Shown one piece after another: positions 51,144 to 61,271 of a stretch of 64,000 nt of DNA; position 1 is the stretch's first letter, and every line of letters begins with the position of its first letter. The stretch is from Candidatus Latescibacterota bacterium (GTDB lineage: Bacteria; Latescibacterota; UBA2968; UBA8231). The translations under genes were made by a program, and so were the position numbers. Under the pieces are notes generated by a model. The model saw only the letters and a list, made by a program, of their open reading frames with translations. It was not told the DNA's origin and did no database searches. The stretch lies in contig OZ241362.1 of assembly GCA_965200315.1 (NCBI GenBank), positions 4,352,001-4,416,000 on the forward strand, read 5' to 3'.

Positions 51144-51609
51144 GAGTTTCGGGCGTTGATCTTTAAGAACTGATGTTACGCAATGCTTGTACAGGCTCTT
51201 GGCGATTAGGGCTTGCAGCTTTTAGGGATCGGGGCCTCTGCTCTCGATGTTCTCAATCGAGTCTCCGCTCAACAGCAATCCCTAAGTGCGCTTCCATATA
51301 CTGACTGAAACTCATATTCCTCAGAAGCTGAAGGGGACCAGCAGGTGGCCAGACTTAGATTGTCCTATCCAAGTGCCGCTAGGGCGACGATAGCTGATAG
51401 CGAACCCTCGTCTCACGGACAGTACGCCTAACCGTAGGTAGGACAAAGGAGCAAGGTTGTGATGCGGAGTTGGTCGCCAGCGAGGGGTGTGGCCAGTATC
51501 AGGGCACTGACGAGGATGGCGTTGCACATGGGGATGTATCCGGTTGAGCCGAGCCAATAATCCAATATAGGACGCGCAAAAGGGGACTAACAACAAATAA
51601 TTCTTCTCG

Positions 51610-51987
51610 TTAGGCTACTCCGATGGAAGCGTGGATCTGCGCGAACTTCCATTCACCCGATTCCCGCTCCAATACGCCCGTCAAACGCAAGGCCAGTTCC
51701 TCGTACCGGCCTTGCCATTTGAGCCGCCACTGCTGCCGGGTGTAGAACCAAGCCACCGCATCGCGCTCCTGTACGTCGAGGTGCTCTGTGTCGATGGTGA
51801 AATCTTGGGTACTGGCGACGTGGTGATGGTAGTACTGGGCAGCGTGCCCACCGCCCTCGATGTATTCCTCTGGTTCCGTGCCGATTTTGACAAAGTGCTC
51901 GGCTGGGGAGATGAGCTCGATGAGCCGGTCGGCATCGCCGGTTGTCAACGCGGCGAAATAGGCCGCGACCGTCTGGCGGGCGTTCAC
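51610..51987 (-). CDS. SnoaL/NTF2-like protein
   Basis: RLTGVLERESGEWKFAQIHAS; size 125 aa. Confidence 0.8.
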   Translation of the reverse strand: MNARQTVAAYFAALTTGDADRLIELISPAEHFVKIGTEPEEYIEGGGHAAQYYHHHVASTQDFTIDTEHLDVQERDAVAWFYTRQQWRLKWQGRYEELALRLTGVLERESGEWKFAQIHASIGVA

Positions 51988-52388
51988 TGTACTCGCTCAT
52001 AGGGGATGGAGGCGACCGCGTCTATTTCAATGAGGTACTCTGGCTGTACCAGTCGGCTGACCTCGACGAGGGTGCTGGCTGGATAGGGCGGCGTGAAGTA
52101 CTCAGCCCGCACGCGGTGGATCTGGTCGAGATGGGCCACATCCGTGACGAAGACCGTCACTTTGACAATGTCGTCTAGGCGACCTCCCGCGCTGGCGAGC
52201 ACTCGGGCGAGATTGTCCAGCACTTGGCGCGTCTGCGCCTCGACATCGCCGATGCCTACCGCATGTCCGTCGGTGGCTTGAGCCACTTGGCCGGAGAGGT
52301 GGAGGACGCGGCCCTCGGCTTGCCAAGCGGCACTGGAGAAAATGCCGAAGGGTTGGACGACGTCGGGGGGATTGAAGGCTTGGGGCAC
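51984..52388 (-). CDS. RidA/YjgF family protein
   Basis: LSGQVA, QTRQVLDNL, YPASTLVEV, LIEIDAVA; GTG start after GAGGAG. Confidence 0.9.
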   Translation of the reverse strand: MPQAFNPPDVVQPFGIFSSAAWQAEGRVLHLSGQVAQATDGHAVGIGDVEAQTRQVLDNLARVLASAGGRLDDIVKVTVFVTDVAHLDQIHRVRAEYFTPPYPASTLVEVSRLVQPEYLIEIDAVASIPYERVQ

Positions 52389-52520
52389 AATGGCAATCTC
52401 CTCAGTGAATTTGGAAAGGTAGCGTAACTTCTTGCGGTCCGCAGCCATCCGCAAGTTTGACATGCAATGGCTCGCTTGTATAATTGAGCCTCCCGCATCG
52501 CTTTCCTAGTGCCCGACGCC

Positions 52521-53669
52521 ATGGTCCGCATCCTGCTTGCCCTCCTCATCGCCGTCCCCCTCCGCGCCGATATCTACGACCGCCTCGACGAGTTGACCCA
52601 TCACCTGCGCTCGGGCGGGGTGCCCCGCGACGGCATCCCAGCCATGACCAATCCCCAGAGCGTTGAGCCGCAAGAGGCGCGCTATCTCGCGGATTCGGAT
52701 CTAGTCCTCGGCGTGGTCGCAAACGGCGCAGCCCGGGCCTATCCGCACCGCCTCGGCTGGAAGCACGAAGTCATCAACGACCAACTCGGCGGCCAGTACA
52801 TCTGCGTCACGTTCTGTCCGCTGACTAGCACTGGGCTGGTTTTTGACGCGACGCCCCCGGACTCGGGACAGATCGAATTGGGTGTTTCTGGCATGGTGCT
52901 CAACAGCAACTTGGTGCTGTACAACCGGCGCGACGAGAAAACCCTGTACCCGCAGATGATCTACGCCGGCATCAGCGGTGCATACAAAGGGCCGCGCCTT
53001 CAGCTCTTGCCCGTGGTCGAGACGACTTGGGGCCTGTGGCGTACGCTGCATCCGCACACCACGGTCGTCCAAGCGGCGACCGGCCTCGACCGCTACCCGG
53101 ACTATATCCGCGCCCTGTATCCGCTCGATTCGTACGACCACTATCCTTATGGTAATTATCGCAGCGACCATCGGATGATTATTTTTCCGCTTACTACCGC
53201 TCGGCCCAGCGACCGCTTGTCGGCCAAGGAGATGGTCTTGGGGTTGCAAGCTGCCGGAGAGAGCAGGGCCTATCCTTTCAGCAGGATGCCCAATAAGGCC
53301 GTCATCAACGATAGCGTCGGCGACCGAGATGTGCTCGTGCTCTACGACGCCAAGACGGCCACCGCCATTCCCTACAGCCGCGTTGTTCGCGGCGAGGTTT
53401 TGACCTTTCGCATCCTCAGCCGCACCGACGACCTTGGGCTGAGCGCAGGCGTTCGGTGCGCTCAGCCGAGCCGTCGAAGCCTGCCGTTGGCCTTTGCCGA
53501 TGTGGAGACCGGCAGCGAGTGGAACATGCGCGGCGAGGCCCTTGCCGGGCCGCTCAAGGGAGCGCAATTAGAGCAAATCCCAGCCTATAATTCGATGTGG
53601 TTTGGATGGTCGGCCTACTGGCCGAAAACCCGCTTGTGGAACGGCAAAGGCATCTTGCCGCCGCCCTAA
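52521..53669 (+). CDS. DUF3179 domain secreted protein
   Basis: GVPRDGIPA, ARAYP, HEVIND, TFCPLT, GVSG, NSNLVLY, WFGW. Confidence 0.85.
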   Translation: MVRILLALLIAVPLRADIYDRLDELTHHLRSGGVPRDGIPAMTNPQSVEPQEARYLADSDLVLGVVANGAARAYPHRLGWKHEVINDQLGGQYICVTFCPLTSTGLVFDATPPDSGQIELGVSGMVLNSNLVLYNRRDEKTLYPQMIYAGISGAYKGPRLQLLPVVETTWGLWRTLHPHTTVVQAATGLDRYPDYIRALYPLDSYDHYPYGNYRSDHRMIIFPLTTARPSDRLSAKEMVLGLQAAGESRAYPFSRMPNKAVINDSVGDRDVLVLYDAKTATAIPYSRVVRGEVLTFRILSRTDDLGLSAGVRCAQPSRRSLPLAFADVETGSEWNMRGEALAGPLKGAQLEQIPAYNSMWFGWSAYWPKTRLWNGKGILPPP

Positions 53670-53689
53670 TCCTGATAAGGAGCTTGGCT

Positions 53690-54823
53690 ATGCACGAAGT
53701 CCCCAAAGGGAAAATTACTTGTATTGAAAAATGCGTACTGCGCGGCACCCGGCCGCGCTACATCGGCTTCAACGCCCGCATCCCCGCGCACGGCTCGCAG
53801 ATTGTAGACCCAGTCGTCCGGGTTCGCACGGACGGCGGGGGGTGGGGCTTGGGTTGGTCGCGCATTGGCGAGGCCGAGGCGAGTGCGCTGCTCGGCAAGG
53901 AGATCGGCGATCTCTTCCAACTCCCCGACGGTTGCCTGCCCACAGGCCGCAATCTCGACCTGCCGCTGTGGGATTTGGTGGCGCGGACGATGGATTTGCC
54001 GCTGTACCGCTTGCTCGGTGCCCGCGGCAAACGCGCGGTCGAAGTGTACGACGGCTCGGTCTATATCGACGATTTGGAAGCCACCGATGAAGAACAGGTC
54101 AAAGACATCTTCCGCGGCGAAGTCGCCACCGGCCACGAGCACGGCTATTTGCACTTCAAGATCAAGGTTGGCCGCGGTGCGCGCTGGATGCCCACAGACG
54201 CCGGCCTCAAGCGCGACGAGTTGGTCATTCGCACGGTGCGCGAAGCCGCCGGTCCGCAGGCCAAGGTGCTCATCGACGCCAACATGGGCAATACGCTCAA
54301 CACGGCTATAGCCCTGTTGGACGCCTGCGCGGATGTGGGCATCTATTGGTTTGAGGAGCCTTTTGCCGAAGACGCTCCGCTCAACCAAGCGCTCAAGGAA
54401 CACATCGTCGCAAATGACTGGGACACGCTGGTGGCCGATGGGGAATTTGCGCCGCCACCGTACTTTTTTGACTTGGTAGAACAGGGATTTATCGATGTGG
54501 TGCAGCACGACTTTCGCGCTATGGGCTTGACGTGGTGGCGGAGCACGTCGGCGCGGCTAGAGCAGTGGAACGCGCTGTGCGCCCCCCACTGCTGGGGTTC
54601 GTACATCGAGCGCTTTCACCACGCCCATTTCGCCGCTTCCATCCCCAACTTCTGCCTGCTCGAAGCCGCACCGGCTGCCATGCCCGGGCTAATCACCGAT
54701 GGCTGGCAACTCGCCGACTCCATTCTGCACGTACCCAACACGCCCGGCGCGGGTCTCGACATCGATCCGCGCATCTTCGCGCAGGGAATGGAGGATCGAG
54801 AGGGGTTTAGGGTGGTGATTTGA
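53690..54823 (+). CDS. Mandelate racemase / enolase superfamily protein
   Basis: PLWDL, FKIKVGRG, DAN, WFEEPF, ADGE, PHCWG; RBS AAGGAG. Confidence 0.85.
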   Translation: MHEVPKGKITCIEKCVLRGTRPRYIGFNARIPAHGSQIVDPVVRVRTDGGGWGLGWSRIGEAEASALLGKEIGDLFQLPDGCLPTGRNLDLPLWDLVARTMDLPLYRLLGARGKRAVEVYDGSVYIDDLEATDEEQVKDIFRGEVATGHEHGYLHFKIKVGRGARWMPTDAGLKRDELVIRTVREAAGPQAKVLIDANMGNTLNTAIALLDACADVGIYWFEEPFAEDAPLNQALKEHIVANDWDTLVADGEFAPPPYFFDLVEQGFIDVVQHDFRAMGLTWWRSTSARLEQWNALCAPHCWGSYIERFHHAHFAASIPNFCLLEAAPAAMPGLITDGWQLADSILHVPNTPGAGLDIDPRIFAQGMEDREGFRVVI

Positions 54824-54948
54824 GGGCAAAAATTGAAGAATAGGGAAGCGAAAATCGCAGTTATGCGTATCTTTAGTACAATCCCCTCTATCCCCTGCCG
54901 TTTTCTATTTTAGCCCGACCGGACGCTGTAAATGAGGAGGAGTGTGCG

Positions 54949-56364
54949 ATGACAGACGATCTTCATACCAACCCATTTGAAAAGATCGACACCAATCAGG
55001 TCGCCGAAGATCTCCATATCGTAGAAGATAGCCAAAGGAATGCGAGGCGGGGGCGGCCCGTATTAGACAGTGCGGAAGACGATCTCGACCCCACGGAACG
55101 CAAGGTTATCGGGCTAATTGAGAGCGCTCAAACCCAGGCGCAGCAGACGTGCGAGAGCGAGCTAAAGGCGTACAGAGAGCGTCTCGTCGCGCTAGACTTC
55201 CGAGAGCAGCTAAGTTCCATTGATATTGAAACGGCCAAGCAACGGGCGGAGTTCGATCAGCACGTCGATAAGGCCATAGTGGAGTTGAGCAGAGAACAAC
55301 AGGGGCTGCGCCGCAAAAAAGAAGACATGCAGCAGTTTAAGGAACAAAATGGCCTCCATCGCGAGCCGCAGCCCCGCAGTTGGGACGACAAGATATTCAA
55401 CATCGGCATCATCGCCGTGCTCTTTCTCATTGAGACATTTGGCAATGCCTCCTTTCTGGCAAAGGGCAACGAATTTGGGCTGTTGGGCGCGTACACCGAA
55501 GCGGTTGTCATTTCGTTTGTCAACCTCGGGATCGCCTTTTTGCTCGGCATTCTCGTCACCAATTTCAATCACGTTCACCGAGTCAGAAAGTCCGTGGGCA
55601 TCCTCACCGCGGTGGTGTTTCTGGCCTTTGCGTTGTTTTTCAACTTGATGGTGGCTCACTACCGGGAAACAACGGGCACAGTGCTCGACGAAGGGGGCAA
55701 ACTCGCCATCGCCGCTTTTGGCACAAATCCACTGGGGCTGGAGGACTTCCAATCGTGGATTCTGTTTTTCATGGGATTCCTCTTTGCGATTATCAGCTTT
55801 ATCGATGGCATCCTGTGGGATGACCGCTATCCGGGGTACGCCAAGTGTGCGCGCGTATTCGCGGAGGCTGACGAAGCATACAACGCGCTTTATCAGGCCA
55901 GCCTAAAGGAATTGAAGAAAGCGTCGGATGAGGCGGTGCAAGCGTTGGAGCACATCAAGCAAAACATTTTGCTTGCGGGACGCCGACACGATTCTATCAT
56001 CGACGACCATCGCCGCCTCATCAAATCGTTCGACGATCATCTAGAGCACCTAGAGCATGCGGGAAACCACTTGCTCAAGCTCTACCGGGATACCAATCGG
56101 GCGATGCGCGACGGAGAAGCGCCGGAGCGATTCAAGAAGCCTTGGCACATAGTGAAAACGTCCATTGACACCAGCTTGCCGAAGGCCATGCTGACGCGCG
56201 AGGAAATTTTGAAGATTACTAGCGCCGCAGAAATAAAAATTGACAAAGGCATCGCCGAACTACACAATCAGTACGACATGGGCAGCGAGGAACTGCGACC
56301 TTTGGCTCCGCATCGGAGGCAGTCGGATAGCCGGATCCCGAGGGACGACCAGGAAGAGAGTTAA
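54949..56364 (+). CDS. Four-TM membrane protein flanked by long coiled coils, unknown function
   Basis: RBS GAGGAGGAG; four hydrophobic helices centrally, DDRYPGY after the last TM; heptad-rich termini. Confidence 0.8.
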   Translation: MTDDLHTNPFEKIDTNQVAEDLHIVEDSQRNARRGRPVLDSAEDDLDPTERKVIGLIESAQTQAQQTCESELKAYRERLVALDFREQLSSIDIETAKQRAEFDQHVDKAIVELSREQQGLRRKKEDMQQFKEQNGLHREPQPRSWDDKIFNIGIIAVLFLIETFGNASFLAKGNEFGLLGAYTEAVVISFVNLGIAFLLGILVTNFNHVHRVRKSVGILTAVVFLAFALFFNLMVAHYRETTGTVLDEGGKLAIAAFGTNPLGLEDFQSWILFFMGFLFAIISFIDGILWDDRYPGYAKCARVFAEADEAYNALYQASLKELKKASDEAVQALEHIKQNILLAGRRHDSIIDDHRRLIKSFDDHLEHLEHAGNHLLKLYRDTNRAMRDGEAPERFKKPWHIVKTSIDTSLPKAMLTREEILKITSAAEIKIDKGIAELHNQYDMGSEELRPLAPHRRQSDSRIPRDDQEES

Positions 56365-57164
56365 TGAGCACGAGTAAGCTATCGAATAAAACGATAGCCG
56401 GCGGTGCGATGATCGCGGGGGTCATCGCGATCTTGCTCGTTTTTGTGTGGCTAAAGCCCCCGTCGGTCGAGCGCGACCCCAAGACCCTTTGCCGGTCGGA
56501 AGGCCCCTCGGCGATTACGGCGATTCTGCTCGATCGCACGGATTCGTTCATGCCCACTACCAAGACCGATCTGGAGACGCGGATTTGGAATCTGCTCGAC
56601 CAGATAGAGGAAAATCACGAGATCAGTCTTTTTGCGGTGGACCCTACGCATGGCGGGAGCCTCGACCCGATCATCAAGGTATGTAGCCCCGGCGACCCGA
56701 AAAACGTCGATCACCTCACGCAATCCGAAGCGATCATTCGGCGCAACTGGCAGCAGAAATTTCGCACTCCTTTAGAGGAGGAGCTTGGCAAGCTGCTCAC
56801 CAACAAGGAGGCCAAATCGTCGCCGATCATGGAGTCGGTGCAGTCGGTTGCCATAACGCATTTTCAGAGTACCCAGCGGCGCGATGTGCCGCGGCGTCTC
56901 ATCATCGTTTCAGATCTCCTGCAAAACAGCGACGCGATTTCCTTCTACAAGGATGAGCCGGATTTCAGGCGCTTTCACGCAAGCCCCCAAGCTCGAGGGC
57001 TCAACCCGGACCTGCGCGGCGTCGAGATCGAGCTATGGCTCATTCAGCGGAAGCAACGGCAGCAGGGAGACGGCGAAGCCGTGTTGCAATTCTTCCGCTC
57101 TTGGCTGGCGGAACACGGGGGCCGAGTCCGCACGTCTGTGCGAACTTCGGGCATAAACGACTGA
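56364..57164 (+). CDS. Membrane-anchored VWA-like domain protein
   Basis: TAATG coupling; N-terminal TM; MIDAS-like LLDRTDS, SPIMES, LIIVSDLLQNS. Confidence 0.65.
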   Translation: MSTSKLSNKTIAGGAMIAGVIAILLVFVWLKPPSVERDPKTLCRSEGPSAITAILLDRTDSFMPTTKTDLETRIWNLLDQIEENHEISLFAVDPTHGGSLDPIIKVCSPGDPKNVDHLTQSEAIIRRNWQQKFRTPLEEELGKLLTNKEAKSSPIMESVQSVAITHFQSTQRRDVPRRLIIVSDLLQNSDAISFYKDEPDFRRFHASPQARGLNPDLRGVEIELWLIQRKQRQQGDGEAVLQFFRSWLAEHGGRVRTSVRTSGIND

Positions 57165-57306
57165 TGAAGAGACGCGATGAGAGTTTGGGACTGTAACCGC
57201 TCTTGTTTCTGAGTTGGCGACCCGCAAGCTCGTAGCACCGAATATGAAGTGGATTCTGGCGACGAAACTCAAAATCCAGTATTGAGATCTATGGCGGGAG
57301 GTCAAA

Positions 57307-57564
57307 TTATCGGTACGCTTGATCGCGGCGGCTGCCCCTCGTCACCAAGACGCGATCCTGAATGTCGCAAATCACGCGATAGCCTCCCACCCGATAACGC
57401 CATAGCCCGCTCAATGGGCCAGTCAGTGCCTCGCCTAGGTGCCGTGGATCATTGAGCACTGCGATACGCTCACTCATGTAATCGACGATGCGTCGAGCCA
57501 TCTGTTTATCGAGCTTGCCAAGCTGTTTTTCTGCCGTGTCGGTGTACTCAATCGTCCAAGCCAA
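57307..57564 (-). CDS. relE: RelE/ParE family toxin
   Basis: WTIEYTDTAEKQLGKLD, GLWRYRVGGYRVICDI. Confidence 0.85.
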   Translation of the reverse strand: MAWTIEYTDTAEKQLGKLDKQMARRIVDYMSERIAVLNDPRHLGEALTGPLSGLWRYRVGGYRVICDIQDRVLVTRGSRRDQAYR

Positions 57565-57763
57565 GTGCTTTTCTCACCTCGACGGAGGAATGTACCTTTT
57601 CCTCTCCTTGGTGGACGCGTTCTAGCACGGCCATGGCGAGGTAGTAATCTTCTATGTCCTCAAGGCTGCGTTCAGTGAGCTCGCGCCGGTAAAAAGCCTT
57701 GCTGCGCCCGGTCTCGGACACCAGCAGGTCGAGCCGTCGCTCGGTCTCGGGATCTAGTTGCAT
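57548..57763 (-). CDS. RelB-like RHH antitoxin (in frame with the upstream Res ORF)
   Basis: LDPETERRLDLL..TGRSKAFY..LEDIEDYYLA..VRKALGLDD; overlaps the relE start; own ATG after GGGGAA. Confidence 0.8.
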   Translation of the reverse strand: MQLDPETERRLDLLVSETGRSKAFYRRELTERSLEDIEDYYLAMAVLERVHQGEEKVHSSVEVRKALGLDD

Positions 57764-60375
57764 CGTAGTTTCCCCATCATAGAGTCTTAACGCATGTTGG
57801 ATGACCTGTTGGATGCAATCAGCCTCATTTAAAAAATAAACACCATCCGTTTTCCACTCATTCACAGAACGACCGCCGTCATCAATCTCCGAAGCTGGTG
57901 TGACGGACAAAATATAGGCATGCAGGTACAAGTCCGAGTCGTTCTTGCGTACTCGCTCTTCAATTTCCGCGATCTCGTGGTGTAGTTGCACCTTTTTGTG
58001 TTCTCTTTGGCCGAACCGGCTCAAGCCCTTCGGATCGAGAAACAGAACGTGCTGATGTGCGTCGTCCTTCAACCAGACGATAAAATCCGGGTAATAACCG
58101 AAGTCATCGAAAAAGGACACACCCCGACCGCGGGTCAGATTGCGAATCAGAAACAACTCTTTGCCTTGTAAGCAGGGATCACCTTTCCGGGCCAGCTCTT
58201 CTAGCTGCTCGACAACGCGCTTCTCGTTTTCGTCCAAGGGTACAGGTTGAACTGTAACGCTGCGATCCTTCCGGGTATGTAGCAGTGGCTGATACGCATG
58301 AGCCTGTGACCAAATGACGCCGATTTTCAAATTTTTATACCAACTTTCTAACTTGTTGTACCGGCCTTCGCGGACATTATACGCTAGTTCACCCGCGTCC
58401 TTGACCAACTGATCTTCGGTTACATCCACGGATAGCTCGTAGTTTACGGCATTGTTTGGATCATCCTCTTCCAGCGCGGCGACCTCAATCTCGTCGTGTT
58501 CCCAGTGTCTGCGCTGCCTGCGCCAGAAGTTATCGGCGTATTCGGTAATCAGATCAAGGGCGATGTTCTCCAATCCGCGTATCTGCTTGAATCCGGTGGC
58601 GTTCAACCGATCCGGCGGCATATAGAGTTCGTACCAGTCATCGCTTTGCAATAGCTGTTCCACTGTCCCCGGTTTAATAACCAGATTGTGCCAGCCTTTT
58701 TGTTGCTTGCGCGATAACAGCCGCTCGTAAATACGGACTGTGTTGAAGAAGGTGGCGTGAGGCGTGAGGCTGACCGAATCTTGTTCTGTTCCCTCACTGA
58801 ACTCAGTGCCATCAGATGCAACGGATTGAAGTCGTGAATATAGATCCAGCGTCACTATGCGGTTACTATTAGTCGGCCCCGGCAGGACGGGACGCTCAGC
58901 GGAGAGGTTGTATTTTCGATCATCCTTGAGTTGGATCAGCTTCAGAGCTGTCTCCTTGGCAAAGTTCCATGTAATGGGAAAGCTAAATATCTCTTGTTCG
59001 GTGCGCATTCCTTCTTTTTCTAAAAGATCCCGGAAAGTCTGCATATAGTTGGCTCGCAGCCCAAAAATGTATAACTTTTCCAGTTCCGCCAGTTCATCAC
59101 TGTCCTCCGGCAGTTCCACTCCGCTTTCGCGGTGCCGCTTCAGGCTCATATTATAGCCCTTCAGACGCACACCGCGTCCGAACATCTGGATGATTTCCGG
59201 GCCTTCGCCTACACCGACGTGCATTAGCCCCATCGTGCTCACGCGCCATGAGTTCCAACCCGCGATGAAACGCCGTGCGCCGATGACGATATTCACGGTT
59301 GAATCTGGATGGTCCACATCGGCGAATAGCCGTGCAGCAAAGCCCATCTCTCGATCAACATCGAAATCGAGGTTAGAATTTTCCGTGAGCAGACTGTAGA
59401 GTTTCGCCGAGTCCCCGACATTGACCACACCAAAAGGATTATTGTCCGCGGTGCGAAGATGCAACTCGCCCTCGCCTGCGGTCAGATAGACGACGTGCAA
59501 CCGCCCTGCTCCGTGAAATAGAGTCTCACAGAGATCGGCGTAGAGGTCTTCTCCGCTGGACAAATGAGAAAAGCGGCCAGAAAAGTAATCGTTGCCAGTG
59601 CTGTCGAGCAATCCCGATTCCCCGGCTAATAGGCGTAGGATCACAGCCCGCACATCTTCGCCGTGGGTCAGCACCCAACCGAGAAAATTCAAAATGCGGA
59701 TAACGTCGGATCGGATCACTTGGTCCGCCCTGCTCGATCCCGTCACCGTCTTGCCGAGAAATACCCAAAGCGGCTTTGCCGGATTGAACGCCTTCCACAA
59801 CGCGCCCTTGTCTCGATAGATGCGGTATTGCTGGTAGAAGGTAAGCAGGCAGCCCAGCAAGTACATGTCGCTATTCTCGTCCTGCACCCCGCCCGGCAGG
59901 TTCAGGATCGCGTAGTCCTTGCCGTAGCCATCTGCGTGAAATCGGCTGTACGAGTAGTCGAATAGCAGACACTTGCCGTAGGCATTCAGCAGATCTTCGT
60001 TCTTCCCCGCTACCTGATTGAAGGTCGCAGAATACTCAAACGCAAAGCCACCGATCGCCAACTCACGACGGCGTTCGCGCCAGACCTTGCCCGACGCGCC
60101 TAGGTGCCCTTCATCAACCAGCACCAAATTGTCGTCGCCGAAGTCCGTCACCGCAATGCGCTTCACTCCCTTTTTCTCGGCCAGTTTATTCAGGTCAATG
60201 ATCTCAACGGTCGTAAACAAATTAGAACTGGCCTCGCGGGAAAACAGCCGCGCCCGCAGACCGCTTTCCCGCATCTCGCGCTCGTGTTGCACAGACATCT
60301 GCTCATTCGGCGTCACCAGCACGATATTGTTTAGCCGCCTGCCCGCACGGTCCAGATAATGCCTGTATTGCAGAA
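57764..60375 (-). pseudogene. res: Type III restriction Res subunit (SF2 helicase plus PD-(D/E)xK nuclease), 5'-truncated at IS end
   Basis: LVDEGH, YSATF, QMFGRGVR, YYPDF..DPKG present; Walker A and N-terminus missing; the first residues of the track ORF derive from IS sequence. Confidence 0.8.
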
Positions 60376-60431
60376 GGCAATTAGTATTTAAGGGCTTGAC
60401 TGTCCCTTGATTCTCTAGTACTTTCCTCTGT

Positions 60432-60942
60432 ATGAACAGAGTTAGACTTGGCGATATTTGTACCGTCCGCAAGGGGGCTGCTCCGACCGCCTTTGATGGA
60501 GATATACCCTATCTGACGATGGAGTACCTTCGCGGGGAAAAAAACGAACCTCCGCTAGTCAAACCCGATTCTAATAGCCTTCTGGCGTCCGATGGAGACA
60601 TCCTACTGCTATGGGATGGGGCAAACGCTGGGGACTTTATACGAGCCAAGAGAGGCGTAGTATCTTCGACGGTTGCCCTGCTTAATCCCAATACTCAAAT
60701 CGTTGATCTTGACTTTTTCTACGCAGCCTGTAAGAGAAAAAGCAACAAGAACGGGTACTACGATCCCCCACGTACATGGGAAATCTCTTGCAACTATCCT
60801 CTTCGATCTACCCCCCCTCTCCGAACAACAAGTTATAGCGGAACTATTGGGGAAAGCCCGTCAAAGCGTTGAATTAGCCCAGCAGCTAACCGAAAAATAC
60901 CGACTACAAGAAAAAGCACTAAGGAAACGTTTGATACCATGA
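60432..60942 (+). pseudogene. hsdS: Half-size type I R-M specificity subunit (single TRD), frameshifted
   Basis: VRLGDIC..RKG..P, GDILLLWDGANAG in frame 1; GTTIPHV..LPPLSEQQVIAELL in frame 2; shift near 60740. Confidence 0.75.
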
Positions 60943-60945
60943 GAA

Positions 60946-60976
60946 AGCCCGTAGAAGGTGCGAACTTCTACGGGCT
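60946..60976. terminator. 12-bp hairpin after the hsdS cargo
   Basis: AGCCCGTAGAAG-7 nt-CTTCTACGGGCT; no clear U-tract. Confidence 0.5.
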
Positions 60977-61009
60977 AAGTACTACCCCTAACCAACAGAA
61001 AGGACGACG

Positions 61010-61261
61010 ATGGCGATTGTGCCAATTACGGGGAAAAATCTCTTGCATGTACTAGCCGAGATGGGGATAGAAAAACAATTTCAAATCTATAAGGCAGGAG
61101 AGATTCGCGTTTTGCCTGTTGAGCCGGACCCTGCTTCTCACTTTTTGCTGTCTTTCGATGAATGCCACTATTTGATTCCTCGAAATGAGGCTCTTGTACT
61201 GGCTGATTTTTTTGCAAATTACCACCAGAACCACCCTGCTGAGGAGCAGTCATTTGATTGA
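61010..61261 (+). CDS. Small hypothetical passenger protein (83 aa)
   Basis: RBS AAAGGA, convergent with the transposase. Confidence 0.55.
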   Translation: MAIVPITGKNLLHVLAEMGIEKQFQIYKAGEIRVLPVEPDPASHFLLSFDECHYLIPRNEALVLADFFANYHQNHPAEEQSFD

Positions 61262-61271
61262 CTCCGTATGG

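Noticed and set aside
51321-51596. 91-aa minus-strand ORF
   Set aside because: No recognisable motif or convincing RBS; likely spurious.
60376-60472. IS-derived start giving a functional 974-aa Res protein
   Set aside because: The added residues are TIR and antisense hsdS sequence, and Walker A is still missing.
60730-60750. Programmed frameshift restoring hsdS
   Set aside because: Only five As (GAAAAAG), the needed shift is +1 rather than -1, and residues seem missing; a small deletion is more likely.
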